Source of the DNA: a virus
DNA: 64,000 nt
IMG/VR virus record: IMGVR_UViG_3300023180_005138
Span: 32,001 to 96,000 of that record
Strand: one strand, 5' to 3'
Below are positions 27,812 to 37,133 of this stretch, piece by piece. The notes beneath the pieces were generated by a model. It worked only from the letters and a program-made list of their open reading frames with translations, was not told where the DNA came from and did not search any database. Numbering within the stretch: position 1 is the stretch's first letter; each line of letters opens with the position of its first letter. The position numbers and the translations under genes are program-made.

Positions 27812-30112
27812 GTGTCAAACATAGAGGTAATAAAAAGAGATGGTAATAAAGAGTCTCTTAATCTAGAAAAGTTACATAAGATGACTTTTGAAGCCTGTGA
27901 TGGATTAAGTGGAGTTTCTGCGTCACAGATTGAAATGAATTCTGGTATTCAAATTTTTGATGGTATTACAACTAAAGATATTCAAGATATTTTAGTTAAA
28001 AGTGCTGCTGATCTAATTTCTTTAGACACACCAAACTATCAGTTTGCAGCTGCCAGACTACTTCTTTTTGCGCTTAGAAAAGAAGTAATGGGTCAGTTTG
28101 AATATATTTCTTTATCAGAAATGATTAATAGAAATATTAAGCATGGTGTCTATGATAGTACTATACTAGAGTGGTACTCTGCAAAAGAGATTGAAAAACT
28201 TGATTCTTATGTTAAACATCAACGTGACTTCGACTTTACATATGCTGGACTACGACAAGTAGTAGATAAATATTTAGTACAAGATCGTTCTAGCGGTCAG
28301 ATATATGAAACTCCACAATTTATGTATATTATGATTGCTGCAACTATGTTTGCACAATATCCGAAAGAGACTAGATTATCCTATGTTAAAAAATACTATG
28401 ATGCTATTTCTACATTTAAAATTAATATCCCAACTCCTGTTATGGCAGGCGTTCGCACTCCTATCAGGCAGTTTGCTTCTTGTGTTCTCGTTGATGCTGA
28501 TGATACTCTTCAGTCCATATTTAGTTCTGATATGGCTATCGGATACTATACAGCACAAAGAGCTGGAATTGGTATCAACTCTGGAAGAATTAGAGCGATC
28601 AATTCGAAAATTAGAGACGGAGAAGTACAACATACAGGGGTCATTCCTTTCCTTAAGAAATTTGAAAGTACAGTTCGTTGTTGTACTCAAAACGGTGTAC
28701 GCGGAGGCTCTGCGACAGTACATTTTCCTATTTGGCACAGAGAAATCGAAGACATTCTGGTACTAAAAAACAATAAAGGAACTGAAGATAATCGTGTTCG
28801 TAAGTTAGACTACTCTATTCAAATTTCTAAGTTATTTTATGAACGTTTTATTGAGGATAAACAAATCTCTTTATTTTCTCCTCACGATGTTCCTGGTCTA
28901 TATGAGGCTTTTGGCACTGATAAGTTTGATGAACTTTATGAAAAATATGAACGCGCTTATTCAATTCCTAAAAAGAAAGTTAAAGCTCAAGATATATTTA
29001 TGGCATTATTAAAAGAAAGAGCAGAAACTGGTCGTATCTATATTATGAATCTAGATCATTGTAATTCTCACTCATCTTTTAAAGACAAAGTATATATGTC
29101 TAATCTGTGCCAAGAAATTACGTTACCTACGAAACCGATTCAACACATTGATGATAAGAATGGAGAAATTGCTCTTTGTATCTTAAGTGCTCTAAACTTA
29201 GGTAAAATTAGTAAGCTAGATGAAATGGAAGAACTTGCTGATATAGCAGTTCGTGCGTTAGACGAACTAATAGATTTTCAAGGATACCCAGTCGATGCTG
29301 CAGAAAAGTCTACAAAAGCTAGACGTTCATTAGGTGTAGGATATATCGGAGTAGCACATTACTTAGCTAAGAATAAAGTAAAATATGATTCTCCAGAAGC
29401 TTGGCAGCTTATGCATGATACTACAGAAGCATTTCAATATTACTTAATTAAGGCTTCTGTGAATCTTGCTAAAGAAAAAGGAGCTTGTGAGTATTTTAAT
29501 CGTACAAAGTATTATGATGGTATTTTACCTATTGATACATATAAGAAGGAAGTTGACGCTCTTATTCGTGACCCCTCTTTAAAGTATGATTGGGAAAGAT
29601 TGAGAGAAGAAATTTGTAGGCATGGAATGAGACACTCTACTCTTACAGCACAAATGCCTTCAGAATCTTCTTCTGTTGTGTCAAACGCTACTAACGGTAT
29701 TGAGCCTCCACGAGGATACCTATCTGTTAAGAAATCTAAAAAAGGACCTCTGAAACAGATTGTTCCTGGATACTATCATTATAGAAACTATTATACCCTA
29801 TTATGGGATATGCCAAGTAATGATGGATATATTAACATTGTAGCCGTAATGCAAAAATTCTTTGATCAAGCTATTAGTGGAAACTGGAGTTATAATCCAG
29901 AAAATTATGAAGATAATGAGGTTCCGTTATCTGTAATGGCTAAAGATTTATTAAATACTTATAAACTAGGGTGGAAAACTTCTTATTATCAAAATACTTA
30001 TGATGCTAAGAAAGACGAAGATGAAGAGCCAAAACATAATATTGGCTGGCATGATGAAACAGATTTACCAAAATTAGAAGACCCAGAAGATTGTGAAAGC
30101 TGCACTATATGA
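27812..30112 (+). CDS. nrdA: Ribonucleotide reductase class Ia alpha subunit with ATP cone
   Basis: VIKRDG ATP cone, FASCVL, SNLCQEI, TSYY and C-terminal CESC. Confidence 0.97.
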   Translation: MSNIEVIKRDGNKESLNLEKLHKMTFEACDGLSGVSASQIEMNSGIQIFDGITTKDIQDILVKSAADLISLDTPNYQFAAARLLLFALRKEVMGQFEYISLSEMINRNIKHGVYDSTILEWYSAKEIEKLDSYVKHQRDFDFTYAGLRQVVDKYLVQDRSSGQIYETPQFMYIMIAATMFAQYPKETRLSYVKKYYDAISTFKINIPTPVMAGVRTPIRQFASCVLVDADDTLQSIFSSDMAIGYYTAQRAGIGINSGRIRAINSKIRDGEVQHTGVIPFLKKFESTVRCCTQNGVRGGSATVHFPIWHREIEDILVLKNNKGTEDNRVRKLDYSIQISKLFYERFIEDKQISLFSPHDVPGLYEAFGTDKFDELYEKYERAYSIPKKKVKAQDIFMALLKERAETGRIYIMNLDHCNSHSSFKDKVYMSNLCQEITLPTKPIQHIDDKNGEIALCILSALNLGKISKLDEMEELADIAVRALDELIDFQGYPVDAAEKSTKARRSLGVGYIGVAHYLAKNKVKYDSPEAWQLMHDTTEAFQYYLIKASVNLAKEKGACEYFNRTKYYDGILPIDTYKKEVDALIRDPSLKYDWERLREEICRHGMRHSTLTAQMPSESSSVVSNATNGIEPPRGYLSVKKSKKGPLKQIVPGYYHYRNYYTLLWDMPSNDGYINIVAVMQKFFDQAISGNWSYNPENYEDNEVPLSVMAKDLLNTYKLGWKTSYYQNTYDAKKDEDEEPKHNIGWHDETDLPKLEDPEDCESCTI

Positions 30113-30681
30113 AAAAGATAATATTTTTTAACGGACCTCCTAGATGTGGTAAAGATACTGCATCTAACGGTCTCCTATCTCATTATGAAAAATCAGAAAA
30201 TATTAAGTTTTCAGAGTCTTTAAAATCTTCTTTGCCTAAGTTTTTTGGTATTTCCGATGACTATGTAAGTGCCCTAGAAAATCATAAAGAGTTTCCTCTC
30301 GAAATTTTATTAGGCAAAACTTGGAGAGAGGTGCAGATCTCTTTATCTGAGTATTGGGCTAAACCAATATTCGGTAAAGATGTATTTGGTAGAATAGCAT
30401 CTAATAGAATAAAACACTCTAATAATGAAATTTTTTTTATTAGTGATAGCGGATTCTATGAAGAAGCCCATACTTTAGTAGAAGATTTTGGAGTAAAAAA
30501 TTGTTTACTAATAAGAGTAAAGCGAGAAGGTTACGATTTTTCGTCAGATAGTAGAAGTTACTGGAATAATATTGATGACATTTATGAAACAGCAGTGTAT
30601 AATAATAAAGATATAAATTCTTTAATAGAAACATGTATTAAAGAAATAAATAGGTGGCTAAATAATGACAACAGTTTTTAA
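30109..30681 (+). CDS. Deoxynucleoside monophosphate kinase-like P-loop protein
   Basis: FNGPPRCGKDT, IKFSESLK, REVQISLSE and FISDSGF..E. Confidence 0.75.
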   Translation: MKKIIFFNGPPRCGKDTASNGLLSHYEKSENIKFSESLKSSLPKFFGISDDYVSALENHKEFPLEILLGKTWREVQISLSEYWAKPIFGKDVFGRIASNRIKHSNNEIFFISDSGFYEEAHTLVEDFGVKNCLLIRVKREGYDFSSDSRSYWNNIDDIYETAVYNNKDINSLIETCIKEINRWLNNDNSF

Positions 30682-31765
30682 TAAGAATAAAATAGATTTT
30701 ACTAAACAGCCTATGTTCTTTGGAGAAGAGTTAAATTCTCAAAGATACGATGCTTTTAAGTATCCAATTTTTGATAAGCTAACGCAAAGTCAGCTTGGAT
30801 ATTTTTGGCGCCCAGAAGAAGTATCTCTTCAAAAAGATCGTAATGATTATAATGAACTTAGAGAAGAACAAAAATTTATTTTTACTTCTAATCTAAAATA
30901 TCAAACGCTGTTAGATTCTGTTCAAGGTAGAGGACCTGCGCTAGCTTTTATACCTTTCTGTACTCTTCCAGAACTAGAAGCTTGTATGATTACTTGGGAC
31001 TTTTTTGAGACTATCCATAGTCGTTCATATACGCATATAATGAAAAATGTGTATTCTAATCCTAGTGAAGTATTTGATACTATTCTAGATGACCCTATGA
31101 TTATTGAAAGAGCTGAAAGCGTAACTAAAACCTACGATGATTTTATTGAGTATGGAAACCGTTTTAAGCTTGGATTAGTAAATGATACTAGAGAACTTAA
31201 AAAGAGGCTCTGGTTAGCTTTAATTAATGTTAATATACTAGAAGGAATTAGATTTTATGTAAGTTTTGCTTGTACTTTTGCCTTTGGCGAACTAAAACTG
31301 ATGGAAGGTAGTGCTAAAATTATTTCGCTGATTGCTAGAGATGAATCTCAGCACCTTGCTATTACTCAGCATATTATTAAAAACTATCGTGCTGCTGAAG
31401 GTGATTCAGAGATGCGAGAAGTTATTAAAGAATGCACTCCTACTGTTTATCAGATGTATAAAGATGCAGTTGCGGAAGAAAAACGTTGGGCTGAGTATCT
31501 TTTTGAACATGGTTCAATGGTAGGACTAAACGCAAAACTTTTATCAGATTATGTAGAGTGGGTTGCCAATAAACGTATGAAAGCTATTGGATTAGAAGCA
31601 ATATTTAGTCAGAAAACTAATAATAACCCACTTCCTTGGACACAACATTGGTTAAATTCAAGAGAACTTCAAAATGCTCCTCAAGAGACAGAAATTGAAT
31701 CCTACATAGTAGGAGGAATTAAACAAGACATTAATAAAAATACCTTTGAAGGATTTAAACTATGA
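30665..31765 (+). CDS. nrdB: Ribonucleotide reductase class Ia beta subunit
   Basis: FWRPEEV, ETIHSRSY (radical Tyr), LEGIRFY, ARDESQH and PQETEIESY. Confidence 0.97.
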   Translation: MTTVFNKNKIDFTKQPMFFGEELNSQRYDAFKYPIFDKLTQSQLGYFWRPEEVSLQKDRNDYNELREEQKFIFTSNLKYQTLLDSVQGRGPALAFIPFCTLPELEACMITWDFFETIHSRSYTHIMKNVYSNPSEVFDTILDDPMIIERAESVTKTYDDFIEYGNRFKLGLVNDTRELKKRLWLALINVNILEGIRFYVSFACTFAFGELKLMEGSAKIISLIARDESQHLAITQHIIKNYRAAEGDSEMREVIKECTPTVYQMYKDAVAEEKRWAEYLFEHGSMVGLNAKLLSDYVEWVANKRMKAIGLEAIFSQKTNNNPLPWTQHWLNSRELQNAPQETEIESYIVGGIKQDINKNTFEGFKL

Positions 31766-32007
31766 GTAAAAATATTATATGGTCAAAAGACGATTGCATT
31801 TTTTGTCAAAAAGCAAAGTATGAATTAGAGTCAAGAAGCATTCCTTATGAAGAAAGAAAATTAGGAGATGGTTGGACAAAAGAACAGTTACTAGAAATAG
31901 TGCCGGATGCTAAAACTGTACCTCAAATATTCATGTGGGGTAAATATGTAGGAGGGTATACAGACCTACAAAATTACATTGAGAATCATGGAATGAACGT
32001 TGGCTAG
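31762..32007 (+). CDS. Glutaredoxin
   Basis: CIFC active site, TVPQIF and VGGYTDL. Confidence 0.92.
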   Translation: MSKNIIWSKDDCIFCQKAKYELESRSIPYEERKLGDGWTKEQLLEIVPDAKTVPQIFMWGKYVGGYTDLQNYIENHGMNVG

Positions 32008-32443
32008 CCGTAGTAAAATAAAAGGCTCTGCTTATGAGGCTAAGATTAGAGATTTATTAACAAAAGAGCTTAAAATAGAATTTAAACGTATGCCTCTCAG
32101 TGGTGCTATTGAATACCTAAAAGGTGATCTATGGACTCCCCATGACACAGCTGCTTGGCCTTATTGTATAGAATGTAAACACTATGCAGAAGTAAACTGG
32201 AACGGACTTTTAACCGCTACATCTTCTGATTTATTAAACTTTTGGAGACAAGCTGTTAGAGAGGCAGAAGTCATGAAAAAGAAACCTCTTGTTATTTACA
32301 GGTGGAATCGTTCTAAAGATTATATTTGTTGGAATGATGAGATAGAGTTAGAGAATCAAATTCACTGTCAAGTCTTTGATTGTAACTTTAAAATGGGATT
32401 ACTCCAAGACTGGTTAAAAGTTTACAAAAAGATTGCTAAATGA
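32000..32443 (+). CDS. T5 D14-like Holliday-junction resolvase-type nuclease
   Basis: SKIKGSAYEAKIRD...RMPLSGA..YLKGD...IECKHY (PD-(D/E)xK). Confidence 0.85.
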   Translation: MASRSKIKGSAYEAKIRDLLTKELKIEFKRMPLSGAIEYLKGDLWTPHDTAAWPYCIECKHYAEVNWNGLLTATSSDLLNFWRQAVREAEVMKKKPLVIYRWNRSKDYICWNDEIELENQIHCQVFDCNFKMGLLQDWLKVYKKIAK

Positions 32444-32461
32444 CTGAAATTGTTATATAAT
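32433..32461 (+). promoter_or_regulatory. sigma70 promoter for D15
   Basis: TTGCTA-N17-TATAAT. Confidence 0.75.
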
Positions 32462-32492
32462 ATATTATAACTTAAAACAGAAAGAAATAAAA

Positions 32493-33347
32493 ATGAATAC
32501 AAAAACTTGGGATGACTTAGCGGAGGTTGAGAACATTAAATCTCAGCCTAAGTCTCTACTTCTTATTGACGGTAATAATCTAGCCTACCGTTGGTTACAC
32601 CGTAAAAACTACAATTCTTTTCAAGATGATTATCTCCGAACACTAGAAAGCTTATCAGGAAGTTATAATGCAGAAAAAACTATTGTATGTTTTGATTTTG
32701 GTAAAAGTTATTATAGAATGGATTTGCTTGATTCTTACAAAGGAAATAGATCTAAACCTAAAGAGGAAGAAGAACAAAAACATTACGAAGAGTTTTTTGC
32801 CTGTCTCAATGATATCCCAGAAATGTTACCTTATCAATCTCTAAAATTTAGAGGATTAGAGGCGGATGATATTATAACTTTCTTAGTTATGAATTTATCT
32901 GATAGATACGAACATACTTGGATCGTAACAAGTGACCGAGATATGTATCAACTACTATCTGATAAGGTAAGTATCTTCAATATATTTTCACGAAAAGAAA
33001 TTGACTTAGGAAGTTTCTATGAGACTTATGAACTAGAACCTACTCAATACCTATTCTCTCGTATTTTAGAGGGTGATAAAAGCGATAATATTATAGGAGT
33101 GGAAGGTGTAGGACCTAAAAGAGCACAACAGTTAGCTAAGGAGTATGAATCTTTAACTGCTTTATTAAGTGACCTACCTCTTAAAGGAAAATCTAAATAC
33201 ATTCAAAATATTAATCAAAGTAAGGATAAACTACTTCAGAACGAACAACTTATTTCATTAAAAAAATATAATAAATCTGTAGTTCAGGCAGCTAAAGATG
33301 GTCAAGAAGTATGGGAGACGCTATGCGAGATGGTGAACAACTGGTAG
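32493..33347 (+). CDS. 5'-3' exonuclease / flap endonuclease (T5 D15)
   Basis: LIDGNNLAYR, YKGNR, EADD, SDRD and GDKSDNIIGVEGVGPKRA. Confidence 0.93.
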   Translation: MNTKTWDDLAEVENIKSQPKSLLLIDGNNLAYRWLHRKNYNSFQDDYLRTLESLSGSYNAEKTIVCFDFGKSYYRMDLLDSYKGNRSKPKEEEEQKHYEEFFACLNDIPEMLPYQSLKFRGLEADDIITFLVMNLSDRYEHTWIVTSDRDMYQLLSDKVSIFNIFSRKEIDLGSFYETYELEPTQYLFSRILEGDKSDNIIGVEGVGPKRAQQLAKEYESLTALLSDLPLKGKSKYIQNINQSKDKLLQNEQLISLKKYNKSVVQAAKDGQEVWETLCEMVNNW

Positions 33348-33919
33348 TTTTATATGAAATATCTAGTTTAGCACAAGAAATAAGTAAAAAATATAATATA
33401 GAGTGGGGACTTATCCAAGAGTCTCCATTCGATTCTGTTTACTATTTAAGAAGTGCCAATCCCAAAGATATAGTAGTTTCTAGTAAATCCTTAGAAACTA
33501 TACGCACAGGTATTTACGTACAGTTAACAGACCCTCGCGTAAGAATGGAAGTTATTACTAATTCTAATGTCTTACGGAGTAAAAATATAGGAGTGTTAAA
33601 TAACGTATTTGATTATGATTTTAGAAATGAATTAACGCTAATTATTTATAATTATGGAAATATAGAGCAAACTATCTCTCAAGGAGAAATTATAGCTAAT
33701 CTAAGTTTTAGAAGATTTCCTTTAGTAACATTTAAAAATGTTACTATGATAGAGCCTGGAGAAAAATATAAAGGCACTAAAGACAATAACTGGATTCAAG
33801 AAGAGAAAAAAGAAAGAAAACAAGATATAGTCGCTAAAAACTATATAAATAAGTCTGAGGAAAATATTAAAATTAATAAACATATGGTGCATAAAATAAT
33901 CAAAGAAAGAACAGAATGA
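33311..33919 (+). CDS. dUTPase-fold protein with degenerate catalytic motifs
   Basis: Occupies the T5 dut position. IRTGIYV, FDYDFRNEL..IIYN and GEIIANL are remnants of dUTPase motifs; motifs 1, 2 and 5 are lost. Confidence 0.65.
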   Translation: MGDAMRDGEQLVVLYEISSLAQEISKKYNIEWGLIQESPFDSVYYLRSANPKDIVVSSKSLETIRTGIYVQLTDPRVRMEVITNSNVLRSKNIGVLNNVFDYDFRNELTLIIYNYGNIEQTISQGEIIANLSFRRFPLVTFKNVTMIEPGEKYKGTKDNNWIQEEKKERKQDIVAKNYINKSEENIKINKHMVHKIIKERTE

Positions 33920-34122
33920 AAAAATACTTATTAATACTTTCTCATATTATTCTATATGTACTTGTAGTAGTCATAGGATATTTTGAGTATCAATATTATA
34001 ATTCTATATATCATACACTACTTATAATAGCTATACTATCTATTAATATTAATATATGGTATCAATCAACTCACACTAAAATTTTGTATTTAGCACTGAA
34101 AAAATGGTTAGGATGGAAATAA
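33916..34122 (+). CDS. Small two-TM membrane protein
   Basis: 68 aa, two hydrophobic stretches, basic C-terminus. Confidence 0.5.
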   Translation: MKKYLLILSHIILYVLVVVIGYFEYQYYNSIYHTLLIIAILSININIWYQSTHTKILYLALKKWLGWK

Positions 34123-34784
34123 TGAAAGTAAAATTAATATCTCACTCTATTAGTGATATGGAAGGGCTAGTAGACTGTCAAGATTTAGTAGCCTATTGTG
34201 CAAGGGTTTCTAACCCTGCAAATCAAATGAATAAGGAAACTTCAGAAAAACTTATTAAATATTTAATTAAACACGGTCACTGGTCGCCTCTTGAAATGGT
34301 TAACGCTTGTTTAGAAATTGAAACTACAAGAGATATTGCTAGACAGGTGCTACGACACCGCAGTTTTAGTTTTCAAGAATTTTCTCAACGATACGCCGAT
34401 CCTTCTGCTATGGGAGATATGTTTGTTGATAGAGAGGCAAGACTTCAAGATGAGAAAAATAGACAAAATTCTGTAGAGCTGGATAAAGACAGTAACATTC
34501 ATAATGAATGGGCTTGCGAACAAATAGCGATAATGAAAGCTGCAGAAGACGCCTATAAATGGGCTATTAGTAATGGTATTGCTAAAGAACAAGCTAGAGC
34601 AGTTTTACCGGAAGGACTAACTGTATCTAAATTATATATGAATGGTACTCTTCGTTCTTGGGTTCACTATATCGAACTCCGTAGTGGACACGGAACTCAA
34701 AAAGAACATATGGAAATAGCCCGTGCTTGCGCTGATGCGATAGAACCTATATTTCCTATGATTAGAGATTTTGTACACGAATGA
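34104..34784 (+). CDS. thyX: Flavin-dependent thymidylate synthase
   Basis: RHRSFSFQEFSQRY signature, HWSPLE, EQARAVLP and TQKEH. Confidence 0.95.
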   Translation: MVRMEIMKVKLISHSISDMEGLVDCQDLVAYCARVSNPANQMNKETSEKLIKYLIKHGHWSPLEMVNACLEIETTRDIARQVLRHRSFSFQEFSQRYADPSAMGDMFVDREARLQDEKNRQNSVELDKDSNIHNEWACEQIAIMKAAEDAYKWAISNGIAKEQARAVLPEGLTVSKLYMNGTLRSWVHYIELRSGHGTQKEHMEIARACADAIEPIFPMIRDFVHE

Positions 34785-35896
34785 TAGCTTTTCATACTCA
34801 ATACTATAGAGGATTGGGTCATGCTATGCGGGTTAAGTATATCTCTGATAACTTACCCGCAAATTCATTTATAATGATAAATCAATTATTCAATCCTCCT
34901 ATTGAATATAATACTGAGTATGCTTATTATTTAGAAGAAAAGCCTGATAAGTTAGAGAATGACTATAGATTCTTAATGAAAAAAGAACGAGTCAGAAGAA
35001 GACTTGTTAGGTTGTTAGATATATTTGATAAACACCCAGAAATTACTAAATTAGTATGTGAAGGGTTTCCTTTTTGTAGGCAACAATTTTCCTATGAATA
35101 TTTTTCTATGTTCGAAGAATGTAAAAAGAGAGATATTCAAATTATTATTAGTGTAAGAGATTTTCCTTGGGATGAGCCTCACTATGAAGGTCTTCAAGAC
35201 TGGATAGCTAATACAATAAACCAAACTATTCTACATTACGATTGTAAAATTTTAATACACGGAGATGATAAAGTTATGCCTTTGATGGCAGATGCTATAA
35301 GAAATTATCAGTGGTCAGAACTAGAAAAGCCTATTAAAGATAAAATAATTTATACAGGATATGTTTGTAACCCTCATATAAAGCCTCATAAAAAAGAAAA
35401 CAATAACGTATATATCAGCTGCGGACTAAATAAAGAAGAAGCATTTTTTATTTATAGTAAAATTCTTAGAAATTTATCAAAAAAATTTCCTAATCTTAAT
35501 TTTATAGTTCCTTTAGGAGACTCAGAGTTATTTTCTAAGATAGGAAGCAGAGCTTCAGGTAATGTAAATATTGTTAATTATATTCCAAACTTATCTAAAA
35601 AATTAGAAAGCTGTACTGCGTATATAACATACGGCGGATATAATAGCACTACAGACATACTTAAAGCTAGAATACCTTCAATTATAATACCTAGACAAGA
35701 CGGGCATAAACTCGAACAGCTAATTAGGTGCTTTAAATTTGAAGAATATGACTGGTTTAAAGTATGTTCTTATCACTCGTTATTTAATATAGATAAACAA
35801 CTAAATTCAATTTTAGAAGATAGTAGTTTTCCTAGAAAAACTTTTATTAATTTGGACGGAGCGGATATAAGTGCCAGACTCATTGAAGACTTTTAA
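34781..35896 (+). CDS. GT-B glycosyltransferase (GT28 C-terminal / COG4671-like)
   Basis: QYYRGLGHAMR, EGFPF, ISVRD and TYGGYNS..DIL..RIPSIIIPR....EQLIR. Confidence 0.8.
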   Translation: MIAFHTQYYRGLGHAMRVKYISDNLPANSFIMINQLFNPPIEYNTEYAYYLEEKPDKLENDYRFLMKKERVRRRLVRLLDIFDKHPEITKLVCEGFPFCRQQFSYEYFSMFEECKKRDIQIIISVRDFPWDEPHYEGLQDWIANTINQTILHYDCKILIHGDDKVMPLMADAIRNYQWSELEKPIKDKIIYTGYVCNPHIKPHKKENNNVYISCGLNKEEAFFIYSKILRNLSKKFPNLNFIVPLGDSELFSKIGSRASGNVNIVNYIPNLSKKLESCTAYITYGGYNSTTDILKARIPSIIIPRQDGHKLEQLIRCFKFEEYDWFKVCSYHSLFNIDKQLNSILEDSSFPRKTFINLDGADISARLIEDF

Positions 35897-36422
35897 AAAA
35901 CTAGAAAATAATTGGAAACAAGGTCTAAAACAGACGGAATTTAAATACATAGAGTGGATTATTAAGAATAATAGATATGATTTATTTTTAAGTAAAGAAC
36001 CTAGAAAAAATTGGATAAGAGAGACTTTATTAGAAAAAAAGTGTGCTTCTAAATTTAAAACTTGTAAGACTCTTGTTATGGTAGGTTCTGGTATGTATCC
36101 ATATAGCTTAGTAGATTTACATAAAGAATATCCAAATATGAAAATGATTGGATTAGACTACGATGAAAAATGTGTAAAACTAAGTAAGCACCTAATAGAG
36201 AAATGTAAGATAAAAAACATAGAAATAATATTTATAGATGGTAAAAAATATGATTATTCTAATTTAGATCACGAAGACTTAGTATTTTTTAGTATTGATG
36301 TTGAAGGTATTGATGAGATTTTTCAAAGAGTTATAGAAACAAGTAGGGCGCAGCCTTATATCTGCGCCCCAGGTAAACATGCTTGGTTTAAGAATACGTT
36401 TGGTGATTATTTAAAAAGTTAG
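35871..36422 (+). CDS. SAM-dependent transferase, nicotianamine-synthase-like
   Basis: LVMVGSGMYPYS resembles NAS/CntL VAFIGSGPLPLT; GLDYDEKCVKLS and DLVFF also fit. Confidence 0.55.
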   Translation: MPDSLKTFKKLENNWKQGLKQTEFKYIEWIIKNNRYDLFLSKEPRKNWIRETLLEKKCASKFKTCKTLVMVGSGMYPYSLVDLHKEYPNMKMIGLDYDEKCVKLSKHLIEKCKIKNIEIIFIDGKKYDYSNLDHEDLVFFSIDVEGIDEIFQRVIETSRAQPYICAPGKHAWFKNTFGDYLKS

Positions 36423-36557
36423 TTTTTTTGGTTTTTTATTGATAGAAATACCTTTACCAGAAATTAAGCGTACAGCAATAGAATCTTTTTTCTTTTTGCT
36501 GTACGCTTTTTTCTTTACTTTAGGCATTGTTTGTTGTAAAAACGCTGGAATATCCAT
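36411..36557 (-). CDS. Small Lys-rich protein (48 aa), absent from the ORF track
   Basis: MDIPAFLQQTMPKVKKKAYSKKKKDSIAVRLISGKGISINKKPKKLTF; TAATG coupling to the upstream gene. Confidence 0.6.
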   Translation of the reverse strand: MDIPAFLQQTMPKVKKKAYSKKKKDSIAVRLISGKGISINKKPKKLTF

Positions 36558-36796
36558 TATTCGCCTTTTTGTTTTACAACTTTTTTACCATAGTTTAGTT
36601 GTCTTTGAGGATACGTTCCTAGATCAAGTCCGGTTCCGTTATATACCGCTTTGAGTTCTCTTGATGCAGAGTCTCCTTCACGATACTTCATAACAGTTTT
36701 TTGCTTACGAACAGGATCATATTCTTCGGGCATGCCATAACGATTGTCACCAATCATAACAACCCTACGTTCTCCTTTTCCTGCCGCTCCTGCCAT
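36557..36796 (-). CDS. Hypothetical small basic protein
   Basis: SD AGGAGG; 79 aa. Confidence 0.65.
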   Translation of the reverse strand: MAGAAGKGERRVVMIGDNRYGMPEEYDPVRKQKTVMKYREGDSASRELKAVYNGTGLDLGTYPQRQLNYGKKVVKQKGE

Positions 36797-36811
36797 TTAA
36801 CTATCCTCCTA

Positions 36812-37075
36812 TTAGAAACGACCCTTGCCGTTACCGCTCATTGAAGTTCCGGTAGCGCCAAGTGAACCATTTTGTGGCCCTTTTGAAAGGCCATGAGCAT
36901 CTGTATCTGCTCCTGCATTATTACCGATAAGGCCGGGGGCGTCCTTTAAATACTTCTTACCGGTTGCATCGCCAGAAGCACCTGGACCCATATCTGTTCC
37001 TCCCTGTGGATTCATCTCATATGAGTTTCCTAGGGCTGCTGCAACGCCAGTAACTTCTTTTCTTACTGCTGCCAT
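36812..37075 (-). CDS. Gly/Ala-rich small protein
   Basis: SD AAGGAG and own promoter; low-complexity 87 aa. Confidence 0.65.
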   Translation of the reverse strand: MAAVRKEVTGVAAALGNSYEMNPQGGTDMGPGASGDATGKKYLKDAPGLIGNNAGADTDAHGLSKGPQNGSLGATGTSMSGNGKGRF

Positions 37076-37133
37076 TTTAAGTTCTCCTTTTTAGTTCTTA
37101 ACTAACTAGCTTGTACAAATTAGCTATATATAA

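Noticed and set aside
12295-31765. Inteins or introns in polA, nrdA or nrdB
   Set aside because: The ORFs are continuous, of canonical length, and show no Hint motifs.
36439-36654. + strand 71-aa ORF
   Set aside because: It is antisense to two coupled minus-strand genes that have SD and TAATG overlap.
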